A stretch of 64,000 bases of DNA from Haliotis cracherodii (lineage: Eukaryota). The stretch lies in the NCBI RefSeq assembly GCF_022045235.1, contig NW_027266297.1:744001-808000 (forward strand), read 5' to 3'. This document shows, piece after piece, positions 12,403 through 25,844 of the stretch. The first letter of the stretch is position 1. Each line of letters begins with the position of its first letter. Under the pieces are notes generated by a model. The model was not told the DNA's origin and made no database searches. It was given only the letters and a program-made list of their open reading frames with translations. The translations under genes and the position numbers were made by a program.

Positions 12403-13675
12403 GTATTTATATGTTTGTTGCATACCTATGGTGATGATATTAATATGTTTCACTCTCGTCACGTTTGTAATCACTAAGAACACTTCTTTGTTTGCTATCA
12501 TGATATTATTGATGAAAGTAGGGAAGTGGCAGCTAGCACCATGCTTTTCCTCGTGGGTTGTGTTTTTCGGGTCAACATAAACATGAGCATGCTTGCCTAA
12601 AACGGAATGACGTACGTACCGCTGTCAAACATAAGAGATTTTATCAATTTTAGAATGTGTAAAACTCTTTAACTTTAACTCTTTGACACGATTTCTCAAA
12701 TTAGTCAGTTAATCCCACTTAGTTGAGGTTATATTTAGAAACATGTTTTCTACAACTTATTATTCAGGAAATGTTACAGCCATTTATTCTTATATGTCAG
12801 TATATATGTATGTCATACGAATTTTATCACGAAATAATTTGTACTTTTGATGGATGTTACTATGATATAAAAGGGGATGTTTACTTTTTATTGTAAAAAC
12901 ACAATTTGATCATCAGTCCCAGATCTATCAGTTAACATTCAGATGTGCCATGAACATTATGTGTAACTTCTTTACATTTTTCTGCTGATTTTATTTAACA
13001 CATCAAAAACAATATATGATAAAGTTAACTATAGTTATCATTAGCATTTTCATTACCATAGCAGCATGATGCAAACCTTACCTTATATGGTCATTGCTTG
13101 ACAGGATAATATATCATCGGATTAACCTCATTATAGTACATGTAGTATTGAGTTTGTTCTTCAGTAGTGATTTTCACTAATTTTCTCATCTTGTGTCAAA
13201 GGGAAATATTTCTTTTATCTGTTGTTATTGAGACTTGTTGTTTTTCGTAAGGACTCCTTCAGTCATTAGTACATGTAATAAGTCTATAGTTTAATGCTGC
13301 AGAAGACAATAATATTCCAACATAATCACAAGGGCCTGTAAATCCATTCTGATAATATCAATAACATTTCCATTTTTGGGGGAATTACAATGACACAAAT
13401 CGGCCAGGTTACATGTTGAAACGAACCAATTCTTATTTTCTATTAGTCTCTAGATAAAGTATGAAGTACTGGGAATCTGTTTTGCTCTGGAATCCCAAAG
13501 TTTCAAGTGGCCAATTTCACGTGAAACTTCCTTGATACTGGGGAATCGTAAGCCTAATAGAAATAATGGGTTAGGTATATTTGAGAAGAAACTTCAACTT
13601 TGTTGGAGAATTGCTGTACTTGACAACTGAGTGAATAATAATTATTATTGAATCTTTTTCTTACCTTTCAGGAAC

Positions 13676-16600
13676 ATGAATCCAGAGAAGCTAAAAGCTT
13701 TACAGGCTAAGGCCGATGCTGTTCGAATTGGGGGGAAGGTATGTGTTGACCAGTGTTTGTGTATCAATTAGTTCGACCAAAATGGTAATAGACCTATTTT
13801 TCTGAGTATTTTAGAATGCTTCTTGCAGTTAAAGTATTCATGGGTATTGGAATCAATATGAACGCTTCATGAAAACACTGTGCAGCTGTGACATTTCTTC
13901 ATACTCAGAAGATTATTTCGTGACTGGAATTGTATACAATAACTACATACTTAGTGTACAATTTGTGGAAGAACAATTTATTATCTGAAAATAAAATGAT
14001 CTTATTTTTTATCTCAGGGAACTGCAAGGAGGAAAAAGAAGGTTATTCACAGAACGGCAACAACTGATGACAAAAAGTTACAGAGCTCTTTAAAGAAGCT
14101 CTCTGTTAATGTTATTCCAGGAATTGAAGAGGTTGGTATAAGTTCTAACATGTCTGACTTAAACCAATCCCATCTACCTCATTTGGCACCTAGTATCAAC
14201 AACTGTTGCATGATTTTACCCCATGTCATTTTGGTAACATTTCTGTAAAGCTGGCCTGACTGTCTAGTTAATACATATTTATTTCTTCAAATCCTCAAGT
14301 CAGTTTGGCCATCATTAGTCAAAGTCTGTTGTCACTAAAGGTAGACTGTAGCCATAAAGTAGGGCTAGTAATGTAGGATGTGGCCACGCAATTGTCAATA
14401 GGACATTCCAAGGCAGAATTGGTCCACAACACCCCATGCTGGTTCGCAAGGCGATTCTGTGCATCCTGCCATGAAGGATGGGATCGTTGCTCTTGTCGTC
14501 GACCAATGTGCTTTCCTCAACCAGACTCCATTGTTTACAGGACAGTGTGATGTGGATTCAGTATCACTTTGGCATGAAACAGCACACACATACAGGCAAC
14601 CCAGCTACAGTAGTCTTGTGTCAGAATAAGGTTCCCAGTACATGCTTGCCAGATCATCAGATGCATGTCCTGGCGGTTTGTCAACTTCTGTACCTGCCTA
14701 TCTAAAAGATGCGAGTTGACACATCACAGACAAAGATGTGGGTTGACGCTAAGCCAAAAATGTTTAGATGAAACCAATTACTGAATGAATCATGAGGTAC
14801 GTTGTTTGTTTGCAGGTTAATATGATCAAAGATGATGGTAATGTGATCCACTTCAACAACCCTAAGGTTCAGGCTTCACTTGCTGCCAACACATTTGCAA
14901 TCACCGGACATGCAGAAAATAAACGTAAGATATGACATGTATAATTGCATGTTTGAACTTTTATGAATGTTTTAGGTTGTTTACAACTTTGTAAATGATA
15001 GTCCAGGATTCTTTGTAAGAAAGCCTAGAAATAAAACAAACTGATACCTGGACAGAGAGGGGATGGTCAAGACATTTTGAGAACATTTGTAAAATTACAA
15101 AAATCAATGTCAGATGACTGACTTATTGATGCCTGGCCACATTGTTTGGCTTGCTGTTTTTCAGAATCAGAATGGGAGTATGGAATTTACTTGGGGTACC
15201 TTGAAGGGTTTATGCATGAATCTCAACATACTATGTTTATGATAAGAGGCTTTTGTGTCATATGAACCATTGTCCAGCTGCTACAAGTAGGAGATAATGG
15301 TTGTCTTGATAGAAAATGATGCAGTTTTCACTCAAGCATGCCCACTGATGCCAGAGACTTCACAGGGCATCTTACATTGCACTGGCATTGATGTCAATTG
15401 GCATGGCTCCAACTTAATCTAGAAATAAGGAAACTCTAAAATTACAAAAATGAATCTTTTGTGACTAGTCTTAACTAGAATTTGATGTCTTTATCTGAAA
15501 TCAATGAATTGTTTGGGTAAAATTAAAATTATTAAAAAAAGATGGTGAAACAAGACCATTGTCCAATGATAATGTTGTTTCATCTGATGAGATGAGCTGG
15601 AAGTGAGCTGCCCCCTGACAGATAGTCAGTAGATAATCAGGTGTTCATTGTAAGTCAGTTAAAGTACACTTGTACCACACATACAGAACCCTCTTGCAGT
15701 GTTTGTCCCTTCATGTTCATTTGCCCTGCCCTGCCCTGCAGAGTTGTGAAGATGTCATGGTTACCATGAATGATTGAACATGAATGTGAATTTGATAAGT
15801 TGAAAAGTTTAATGATAAGTTTTAAAGCATTCTTGTTCTGTATCGTTCATGTAAGTAACATAAAATGCAAACACTTGAATGATATTTTACTTTACTTGGA
15901 AATCCACATTAGAATTTGTCTTCAGCAACCCATGCTTGCTGTAAGAGGCAATTAACTGACTGGAATTATTCACCAGTTAGAAGGTCAGTGACTGACTTGA
16001 TAATGCTGACTTTGCAGAAATAGCTGAAATGCTGCCAGGTATTCTCAACCAGCTCGGAGCAGAGAGCTTAAGTAGCCTGAAGAAGCTGGCATCAACTGTA
16101 GCAAATGGTGAGTCTTTTCTATAGAACAGAGGAGAGGAGAAGCACTTGAATAAGTGCGCCCAGCATCCTATAGTTGGTATTGGTGGGGTACTGCCCATGT
16201 ACGGCTCTTCTTCTTCTAGCATTTGAAAAACTCTGTAATTTCATCATTCTTGAAAATTGTTTAAATCAAATTGGAAAAGCATGTATATGGCTTATTTATG
16301 CCTTAAGCAACTGGTTGGTCTGGATTTTGTAATAAATAGATCCTAAAGCCTTCAGCAACTGGTTTCTGTCGACAGTGATCTTTTACTTTCATTACCTTTA
16401 AGAAAACGACGTGCAACATTTGAGTATGTAAGCCAGTCATATATTAATGTGATTGTTTTCCTTCAGCTGCTGGAGAGGGAGGGAAGACCTCGACGGGAGA
16501 AATCGACGATGATGATGATGTCCCAGGTTAGTCCATACTTGCCATGGCAATCTTGGTTTTGAATATATCATATTTTCTATGTTGATATATTTGAGATCTT

Positions 16601-16846
16601 TTATTGCCAACACATTGGCTGCTGTTCATATAGGCCATTTTAGAAGTTAGCCTGAAGGTTTTTGAAACCCCAGGGTGTAGTTTGTTCAGTTTGTCTTCTA
16701 ATTGGCGATATTGTGTAAGAAACATTAAGCCTTTTTTAGTTTTCAGTGAACATGCCATATATCTGACGTTTGTAATTTTCAAATTTGTTTCCATTTTAGA
16801 TCTTGTTGAAAATTTTGATGAACCATCTAAGGGTGAAGGTGTGTGA
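13676..16846 (+). CDS. BTF3: BTF3 / NAC-beta (BTF3L4-like), 160 aa. Exons 13676-13738, 14018-14131, 14816-14924, 16018-16107, 16467-16526, 16800-16846
   Basis: [113 protein letters not shown]...[25 protein letters not shown] junctions in phase; AATAAA at 17101. Confidence 0.97.
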
Positions 16847-18513
16847 GGACTGGCCTGGCTGCCCGTGAACCAACTTTCATTTTGAGTGCTCCTAAATCCC
16901 AACAGTCGAGGCATGAGGCCACGTGTACAGTGCATATGTAAATCTATAAGACCTTCATCAATGTTCTGTTTTCTTATAGTTCTCTTGTCTTACTTGTGAA
17001 GCTTATGCATCGGGAGCACTTGAATTAAGTGTGACTGCTGCATTTTACCAATTATTTGTGGTATAATCAATTGCACTTGATTCAAGAGCTAACATACTGG
17101 AATAAAAGCCATATTCTTAATACATGTATTTGTTGTTGATCGGTTACTGTAACATTCAAGTATGATACAGGATCATATCTTATACATGGTATGCAGAGGC
17201 CTTGAGACATTTGCGTTAAAAGCAAAATTAGCTTGAAAAAGGCCTGGAATTCACACAAATTTCCTTGAAAGGCGTGGAATTAACAGTCAAAGTCAAGTCT
17301 TTTTCAATTTCGCTGTTCATTATGTTCATATTTTTAAAGGAAAAACATTACCTACATAGAATGCGAAATATTGATAAAACGTTTTTTGTTTGTTGAATCT
17401 AATCTGTTCAAGGATTACCAAACTCTGTTCAGTTTTAGGTAATTAAACCTTTTAAAAGTATGTCGTGTTTTCATTATTAGGGTCTTAAGTCTTGTGCAAA
17501 TTTGGTGACTGAAACTCGGAACCTGTCATGCCAAGGTGGAACAAGTGAACAGACCTAAGGATACTGACTCAGATGGCTAGTGATGTCACGAGACTATGGC
17601 ATTAGGACATTTTTTAGGATACTCCCAACTTTCATTACCTGATTTGAATGAAATCTTTGGTGTATTTTGGACATGAACCAATCTATTTAATTTGGACAAG
17701 AAGGCAGCTACGCATTGGGACTGCCCAGCATTCCATCATGGTGACAGTCTGTCTTGGTGGGCGTGGCTTATGTGTTCGCATTTATTAAAGATGAAAGCAA
17801 TAGTAATTGACACATTCAGCCAGTCAGATGGCATGAATTACAATGAACACTAATTATGTACATGCATAAAGTATATACATAGATTGCTTTAGGGTCTTTG
17901 AACAATTTATGAAGACTGGATGTCAATGCATTTTCTGAAGTACTTTTACTAAGGCCAGCACTATGAAGTAACAATCAGATGGCCACTGTAACAAACCCAT
18001 TGATGGACACCTGTCATTTGTATGTTGCGTCCATAGCCATGAACACTGCCTGCTGAACACGAGCAGGTTCCACTTGAATTGGCCGTGATAACATCGTGAT
18101 ATTGGAAAACCAACTTTTGCTGGTCAGGGGTTGAACCCCAGATTTGCCCCAGTATCTAAGGATGACAAAGATGACAAATTGGCAGGAACAAAAAAGAGCT
18201 GATTGTTGGCAAGATAAAAATTGTCTGATTTTGACAATAAGCAAAAATAGTTGTGTTATATTGTAGTGTGAGTTTTGTACCATGTAATGCATGCATCCTA
18301 ACGCCCCACCACAATAGCCCTTGCTCCCTCTGGGTACACTGGTTGTAGGCTCCAGGATAATCCTTGGTTCAGGCCACCCTCTTAAAGTGAGTGAACACCA
18401 TACGCTCCAGACCACAGTATTTCCTCTAGACCACAGCAGCCTACAACTCAAATCTGCATCAGACCAGTGACTGAAAGCATGATCACTGATCTACCTGGCC
18501 AGTCACAATGGCC

Positions 18514-18745
18514 TGTTGTTTAAAGCCACACTCGGCAATATTCCAGCTATATGCCACGGCCTGTACAGTAAGTAATTAAGTCTGGACCAGACAATCCAGT
18601 GATTGACATGAAAATCGATCCACACAAATGGGATCGATGACACCAAGTCAGCAAGCCTGACACCCGATCCTGTTAGTCGCCTCAAACGACAAGCATAGTC
18701 ACTTTTTACAGCAAGCATGGGTTGCTGAAGACCTATTCTGGTCCG
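18514..18745 (-). mobile_element. SINE-like family A copy
   Basis: Reverse complement of the family A head, body and tail. Confidence 0.8.
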
Positions 18746-19377
18746 CAGCAATCTGTGCTGTTGACTGTGTGCCTTCATACCTTGTGGCATGGATCATTGC
18801 TCATAATCATTGGTTTATCTGGTCCAGACTAAAAGGCTGTTGTCTTATTGCTGTGTGCCCTAATAAACAACAAACCAATCAAACGAGTAGTATTTGTTGT
18901 ATCAAAGTTATATTAGCTAATATGTAAAACAGTTATGACATTTTGCTAATTAAATGTTCAGCTTGATGATCTTGTATGAAATGATAACCTGTTTCTGTAT
19001 TTGCTGGTACAGATGTATGTGTTTTGATATGATGCTTGGTGTACTGAAATAACATCTGTGTGAATGTGGACCCACAGAATGTCATTATGTCAGTAGTCGG
19101 ACCTTGATATAGCACCAACACAATGTACAAGTCCAGAACATGACAGCTCTCACATGGGAACATGTTTTCCTCCACTCAAAAACAGACGTGTGCCAGTGAA
19201 CCGAGTGTGTTAGTCTGCCTTGATACCATGAACAACAAAGTCTCCAGGAGAATGTTCTGTAACATCAACACTTTAGCTCCATGTGCAACAGCATTGTCAG
19301 TCACAACTGCATCCAGGGCTTTGCTGCATGAGTTCTTCCCTCACTCATCGCTTCCTTCCAGGCTTGGACTCTCCATG

Positions 19378-22300
19378 CTACCTCTCCTCCTCCTCCTCGT
19401 CCTCGTAGAGATTCTCCGACTCGTACTTGAGTTCCTCTAAGTACTCATTGATATTCTGTATCCTTTCACTCACTCTGGAAGAAAAATGAGAAGTAAAACT
19501 TTAGAATATTACACAAAACACATGACCGAAAGTGAGAACGAATGGTTACTTGCCCTGCTGTCCATGACTGTAGCCAGTACATACATCTGCTGTCTGTGAC
19601 ATGCTGCACCAGTGTGGCCAGTACATACGTCTGCTGTCTGTGACATGCTGCACCAGTGTGGCCAGTACATACGTCTGCTGTCTGTGACATCACACTGCAC
19701 CAGTGTGGCCAGTACATACGTCTGCTGTCTGTGACATCACCCTGCACCAGTGTGGCCAGTACATATGTCTGCTGTCTGTGACATCACACTGCACCAGTGT
19801 GGCCAGTACATACGTCTACTGTCTGTGACATCACACTGCACCAGTGTGGCCAGTACATACGTCTGCTGTCTGTGACATCACGCTGCACCAGTGTGGCCAG
19901 TACATATGTCTGCTGTCTCTGACATCACACTGCACCAGTGTGGCCAGTACATACGTCTACTGTCTGTGACATCACACTGCACCAGTGTGGCCAGTACATA
20001 TGTCTGCTGTCTGTGACATCACACTGCACCAGTGTGGCCAGTACATACGTCTACTGTCTGTGACATCACACTGCACCAGTGTGGCCAGTACATACGTCTG
20101 CTGTCTGTGACATCACGCTGCACCAGTGTGGCCAGTACATACATCTGTCTGTGACATCACACTGCACCAGTGTGGCCAGTACATACATCTGCTGTCTGTG
20201 ACATCACACTGCACCAGTGTGGCCAGTACATAACGTCTGCTGTCTGTGACATCACACTGCACCAGTGTGGCCAGTACATACGTCTGCTGTCTGTGACATC
20301 ACACTGCACCAGTGTGGCCAGTACATACGTCTTCTGTCTCTGACATCAAACTGCACCAGTGTGGCCAGTACATATGTCTGCTGTCTGTGACATCACACTG
20401 CACCAGTGTGGCCAGTACATACGTCTACTGTCTGTGACATCACACTGCACCAGTGTGGCCAGTACATACATCTGCTGTCTGTGACATCACACTGCACCAG
20501 TGTGGCCAGTACATAACGTCTGCTGTCTGTGACATCACACTGCACCAGTGTGGCCAGTACATACGTCTGCTGTCTGTGACATCGCACTGCACCAGTGTGG
20601 CCAGTACATACGTCTGCTGTCTGCTGTCTGTGACATCACACTGCACCAGTGTGGCCAGTACATACATCTGCTGTCTGTGACATCACAGTACATATGTCTG
20701 GGCAGTCTAGTCAGTGGTTGATATGACTATGACACAAATGTCAGAAAACCAAATTATATCTTTTGACAAACATGAGATACTGGGGACCTATTCTAACCCT
20801 GATCATCGCGGGGGACCAACATGAGCTACTGGGGACCTATACTAACCCTGATCACCACGGGGGACCCACATGAGATACTGGGGACCTATTCTAACCCTTA
20901 TCACCGCGGGGGACCCACATGAGATACTGGGGACCTGTTCTAACCCTGATCACCGCGGGGGACCCACATGAGATACTGGGGACCTGTTCTAACCCTGATC
21001 ACCGCGGGGGACCCACATGAGATACTGGGGACCTGTTCTAACCCTGATCACCGCGGGGGACCCACATGAGATACTGGGGACCTGTTCTAACCCATGAGCA
21101 CAAACAGATGTTATATACATAACAAAGACATGTTGTGAGAGTAATACAACTTGTCGCTCACTTCAGTTTCAGCTCCACTACTTCTGCCTTGTAGCATTCA
21201 TCGGTGGGATGGTCCACAGCGTTCTGCTGGGCAATCTGGAGACTAGCCGTCTGCAACATGGATGGGAGTTTGAGAAACTCCTGTGTCCAGATGAGGTCTT
21301 GCACACCTTTGACTTTATCTTCTGTGTAGTAGACATAGGTGTGTGACCCTCTTGTGGGGAGTAGGGGTGTTAATGTAGATGTGGGGCCAGAGTAGGGGCG
21401 TTAATGTAGATGTGGGGCCAGAGTAGGGGTGTTAATGTAGATGTGGGGCCAGAGTAGGGGTGTTAATGTAGATGTGGGGCCAGAGTAGGGGTGTTAATGT
21501 AGATGTGGGGCCAGAGTAGGGGTGTTAAGGTAGATATGGGGCCAGAGTAGGGGTGTTAAGGTAGATGTAGGGCCAGAGTAGGGGCGTTAATGTAGATGTG
21601 GGGCCAGAGTAGGGGCGTTAATGTAGATGTGGGGCCAGAGTAGGGGTGTTAATGTAGATGTGGGGCCAGAGTAGGGGTGTTAATGTAGATGTGGGGCCAG
21701 AGAAGAGGTGTTAAGGTAGATGTGGGGCCAGAGTAGGGGTGTTAATGTAGATGTGGGGCCAGAGTAGGGGCGTTAATGTAGATGTAGGGCCAGAGTAGGG
21801 GCGTTAATGTAGATGTGGGACCAGAGTAGGGGTGTTAATGTAGATGTGGGGCCAGAGTAGGGGCCTTAATGTAGATATGGGGCCAGAGTAGGGGTGTTAA
21901 CGTAGATGTGGGGCCCGAGTTTGGTGTATGGGTGTTAAAGTAGAGTATAATCTCATTATGTAATCTGCTATCCAGGATAAAAGCGGGTATTACCAGTTCC
22001 AGCTTGTTCCTCTCCTCATCTTGCACCTGGTCCAGGATGTTTGCAATCTGGTTCATGTTACAAACATTCGCCAACCTGTCCTTCACCCCGATCACATCCT
22101 GAGAGATCTTCTGGAAGGTCTCCGTGATCTCATGGACCAGCTGCCGGTACATGTTGAAGTTGTAATTTGGGGCTCCCTTCAAATACGCTTGGAAACCCCT
22201 GGAACAGAGTCTTACTCTCAAACCAAACAAAACTTGACTCTAAACATAATTTTCAGTCGAGTTTAGTGTTAATATATGTACTATCACTAGCTGAGCTTAC

Positions 22301-25300
22301 TAGAATTTTACTAGACTCAGGCTTCGGACTAGTGGTTAAAGTCGCAGACAGTGATTTTTGACTGGGCTCCTGTCTACACAATGGACAGGTGTTAGTTACT
22401 ATTGGCTCAGGTCAACCAGATTATTATGATGACAAAGACTGGCAACTGATCTCCCTGGGGGTTTGCATTATGAATGAGGTAATGGGACCTATATTGCCGT
22501 GTAATCACCAAAGAGTGAGTTAATGTTGTTTCAGATGACAGTCAGAACATTATAAGTCTGGGTCTGGCAAACAAATGCATTAAAAACATGAGCAACAATT
22601 TTCCCTAGGAGGTGTGACAAGCATTGGATAGGTCACACATATAATCACCTGCAACCTCATTCATCATCTCTTACAAGCATGGGATAGGTCACACATACAA
22701 TCAGCTGCAACCTCATTCATCATCTCTTACAAGCATGGGATAGGTCACACATACAATCAGCTGCAACCTCATTTATCATCTCTTACAAGCATGGGATAGG
22801 TCACACATATAATCACCTGCAACCTCATTCATCATCTCTTCCAAGCATGGGATAGGTCACACATATAATCACCTGCAACCTCATTCATCATCTCTTACAA
22901 GCATGGGATAGGTCACACATACAATCAGCTGCAACTTCATTCATCATCTCTTACAAGCATGGGATAGGTCACACATATATTCACGTGCAACCTCATTCAT
23001 CATCTCTTACAAGTATGGGATAGGTCACACATACAATCAGCTGCAACCTCATTTATCATCTCTTACAAGCATGGGATAGGTCACACATATAATCACCTGC
23101 AACTTCATTCATCATCTCTTACAAGCATGGGATAGGTCACACATACAATCAGCTGCAACCTCATTCATCATCTCTTACAAGCATGGGATAGGTCACACAT
23201 ACAACCAGCTGCAACCTCATTCATCATCTCTTACAAGAATGGGATAGGTCACACATATATTCACGTGCAACCTCATTCATCATCTCTTACAAGCATGGGA
23301 TAGGTCACACATATATTCACGTGCAACCTCATTCATCATCTCTTACAAGCATGGGATAGGTCACACATATAATCACCTGCAACCTCATTCATCATCTCTT
23401 ACAAGAATGGGATAGGTCACACATATATTCACGTGCAACCTCATTCATCATCTCTTACAAGCATGAGATAGGTCACACATACAATCAGCTGCAACCTCAT
23501 TTATCATCTCTTACAAGCATGGGATAGGTCACACATATAATCAGCTGCAACCTCATTTATCATCTCTTACAAGCATGGGATAGGTCACACATACAAATAC
23601 CTGCAACCTCATTCATCATCTCTTACAAGAATGGGATAGGTCACACATATATTCACGTGCAACCTCATTCATCATCTCTTACAAGAATGGGATAGGTCAC
23701 ACATACAAATATCTGCAACCTCATTCATCATCTCTTACAAGAATGGGATAGGTCACACATATATTCACGTGCAACCTCATTCATCATCACTTACAAGCAT
23801 GGGATAGGTCACACATATAATCACCTGCAACCTCATTCATCATCACTTACAAGCATGGGATAGGTCACACATACAATCAGCTGCAACCTCATTTATCATC
23901 TCTTACAAGCATGGGATAGGTCACACATACAAATACCTGCAACCTCATTTATCATCTCTTACAAGCATGGGATAGGTCACACATATAATCAGCTGCAACC
24001 TCATTCATCATCTCTTACAAGCATGGGATAGGTCACACATATAATCACCTGCAAACCTCATTCATCATCTCTTACAAGCATGGGATAGGTCACACATATA
24101 ATCAGCTGCAACCTCATTCATCATCTCTTACAAGCATGGGATAGGTCACACATACAATCAGCTGCAACCTCATTCATCATCTCTTACAAGCATGGGATAG
24201 GTCACACATATAATCAGCTGCAACCTCATTCATCATCACTTACAAGCATGGGATAGGTCACACATACAATCACCTGCAACCTCATTCATCATCTCTTACA
24301 AGCATGGGATAGGTCACACATATAATCACCTACAACCTCATTCATCATCTCTTACAAGCATGGGATAGGTCACACATATAATCACCTGCAACCTCATTCA
24401 TCATCTCTTACAAGCATGGGATAGGTCACACATACAATCACCTGCAACCTCATTCATCATCTCTTACAAGCATGGGATACTGGGCACTGTCCCAGGCTAC
24501 GTGATCCCTGACCTGGTATTGATGTGAAAGTTGTGCAGCATTCAGACTCTACACAAGTTAAAGTAAGGCCCTGAACTTTTAATGCGTGCTCCAATCATTG
24601 CAATCGTGTTCAGCCTTCAAGTTAAAAATTACTTTTAAACTGATTTATTTGTTCTCAACAAGTGTCTTCTCCAATATGCTTTGAAAGAAATTTCACAACT
24701 TATCCTTTGCAACTTATACCTGTCCTAAAAATGAATCTACATATTTTTCGGCAATTGCCCCTAGGAACATACTCATCAAATAGTAGATATGTCTGGACTC
24801 GCTCAGCTTGTAAATCATAGAATCTCCTCAGCAACGATCGGGGACTCACTGCAGTCATCTCATCCATGGGTGTTGAATTATCAACCTGAAAATGAAGAAC
24901 AATAATCAGTAATGTCCTCTCCTAGTATTCTAGTAGTGCAGTCCATTGCACACACACACTCCCTCGCACACACACACTCCCTCGCACACACACACTCCCT
25001 CGCACGCACACACTCCCTCGCACACAAACACTCCCTCGCACACACACACTCCCTCGCACGCACACACTCCCTTGCACTCACACACTCCCTCGCACGCACA
25101 CACTCCCTCGCACGCACACACTCCCTCGCACTCACACACTCCCTCGCACACACACACTCCCTCGCACGCACACACTCCCTCGCACGCACACACTCCCTCG
25201 CACACAAACACTCCCTCGCACACACACACACTCCCTCGCACACACACAACATTGCTACTGGCCCATGCACAGATAACACTTCTTTTGGTGTAGCTACGTA

Positions 25301-25573
25301 TTCCGTGCCTCATCAAGTTCACTCAGACAAAGCAAGGGTCTAGTTCTGTTTCGTTCTCGTGTTGTTCATAACTTTATTCAGCTATGATAATTCTATATGC
25401 AGTCAAATCATTTGCACTGATTATCTGAGTACATAGGAAAATGCTGTCATTCTTGAAGAAAACAGCTATTGCGTGAAATATGTGGAAAATGTTTCGCCAT
25501 ATACCTCCATCCTCCAAATTGCTGTGTCATTCACAGTTATCTGCCCTTTTTTGGATCGGTCCGGAAACGACAT
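19378..25573 (-). CDS. REX1BD: REX1-B domain protein (C19orf60-like). Exons complement(25505-25573 tentative, 24773-24885, 21994-22198, 21162-21250, 19378-19474)
   Basis: LLRRFYDLQAERVQTYLLFDE-GFQAYLKGAPNYNFNMYRQLVHEITETFQKISQDV...QDEERNKLEL-TASLQIAQQ...-KVSERIQNINEYLEELKYESE..* matches the REX1-B family. GT-AG and phase consistent. Start codon uncertain (25573, 25510 or 24867). Confidence 0.85.
19569..20690. repeat. 47-bp tandem repeat (CCAGTGTGGCCAGTACATACGTCTGCTGTCTGTGACATCACACTGCA), ~24 copies
   Basis: Direct periodicity. Confidence 0.97.
20771..21093. repeat. 49-bp tandem repeat, ~6.5 copies, related to SINE-A head
   Basis: CATGAGATACTGGGGACCTATTCTAACCCTGATCACCGCGGGGGACCCA contains the reverse complement of GGGTTAGAATAGGT. 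Confidence 0.9.
21360..21915. repeat. 31-bp G-rich tandem repeat (GTAGGGGTGTTAATGTAGATGTGGGGCCAGA), ~18 copies
   Basis: Direct periodicity. Confidence 0.97.
22617..24478. repeat. 56-bp satellite (CAAGCATGGGATAGGTCACACATACAATCAGCTGCAACCTCATTCATCATCTCTTA), ~33 copies
   Basis: Direct periodicity. Confidence 0.97.
24948..25248. repeat. 18-bp CA-rich repeat (CACACACACTCCCTCGCA)
   Basis: Direct periodicity. Confidence 0.95.
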
Positions 25574-25844
25574 ATGATTTCTTTATATTCATTTTGTGTG
25601 TGTTATGATAGGTTCATTGCTATTTATTTGTTATATAGATGAAAGTAGAAATATTGGTTCTGTAATATGGACAGAAAAGGGCTGATAAAACATCACAACT
25701 GATCTCAGATTCCTGTCCATTAAATTGATCCATTGATCAATTTCTATTCAACCAAGATGGCCGCGCCCATGAAACAGGAAATGGTATTTTTAACTTAAAA
25801 GTATAACATTTGCCATTATTTGCTGTTCACCTACCATTTGGACC
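25574..25844. promoter_or_regulatory. Bidirectional promoter REX1BD/PIGW with YY1-type motif
   Basis: Divergent start codons ~270 bp apart. AAGATGGCCGC at 25754-25764. Confidence 0.55.

Noticed and set aside
14315-14705. Short ORFs / possible snoRNA or TE in BTF3 intron
   Set aside because: No recognisable protein motif or box C/D-H/ACA layout I can support.
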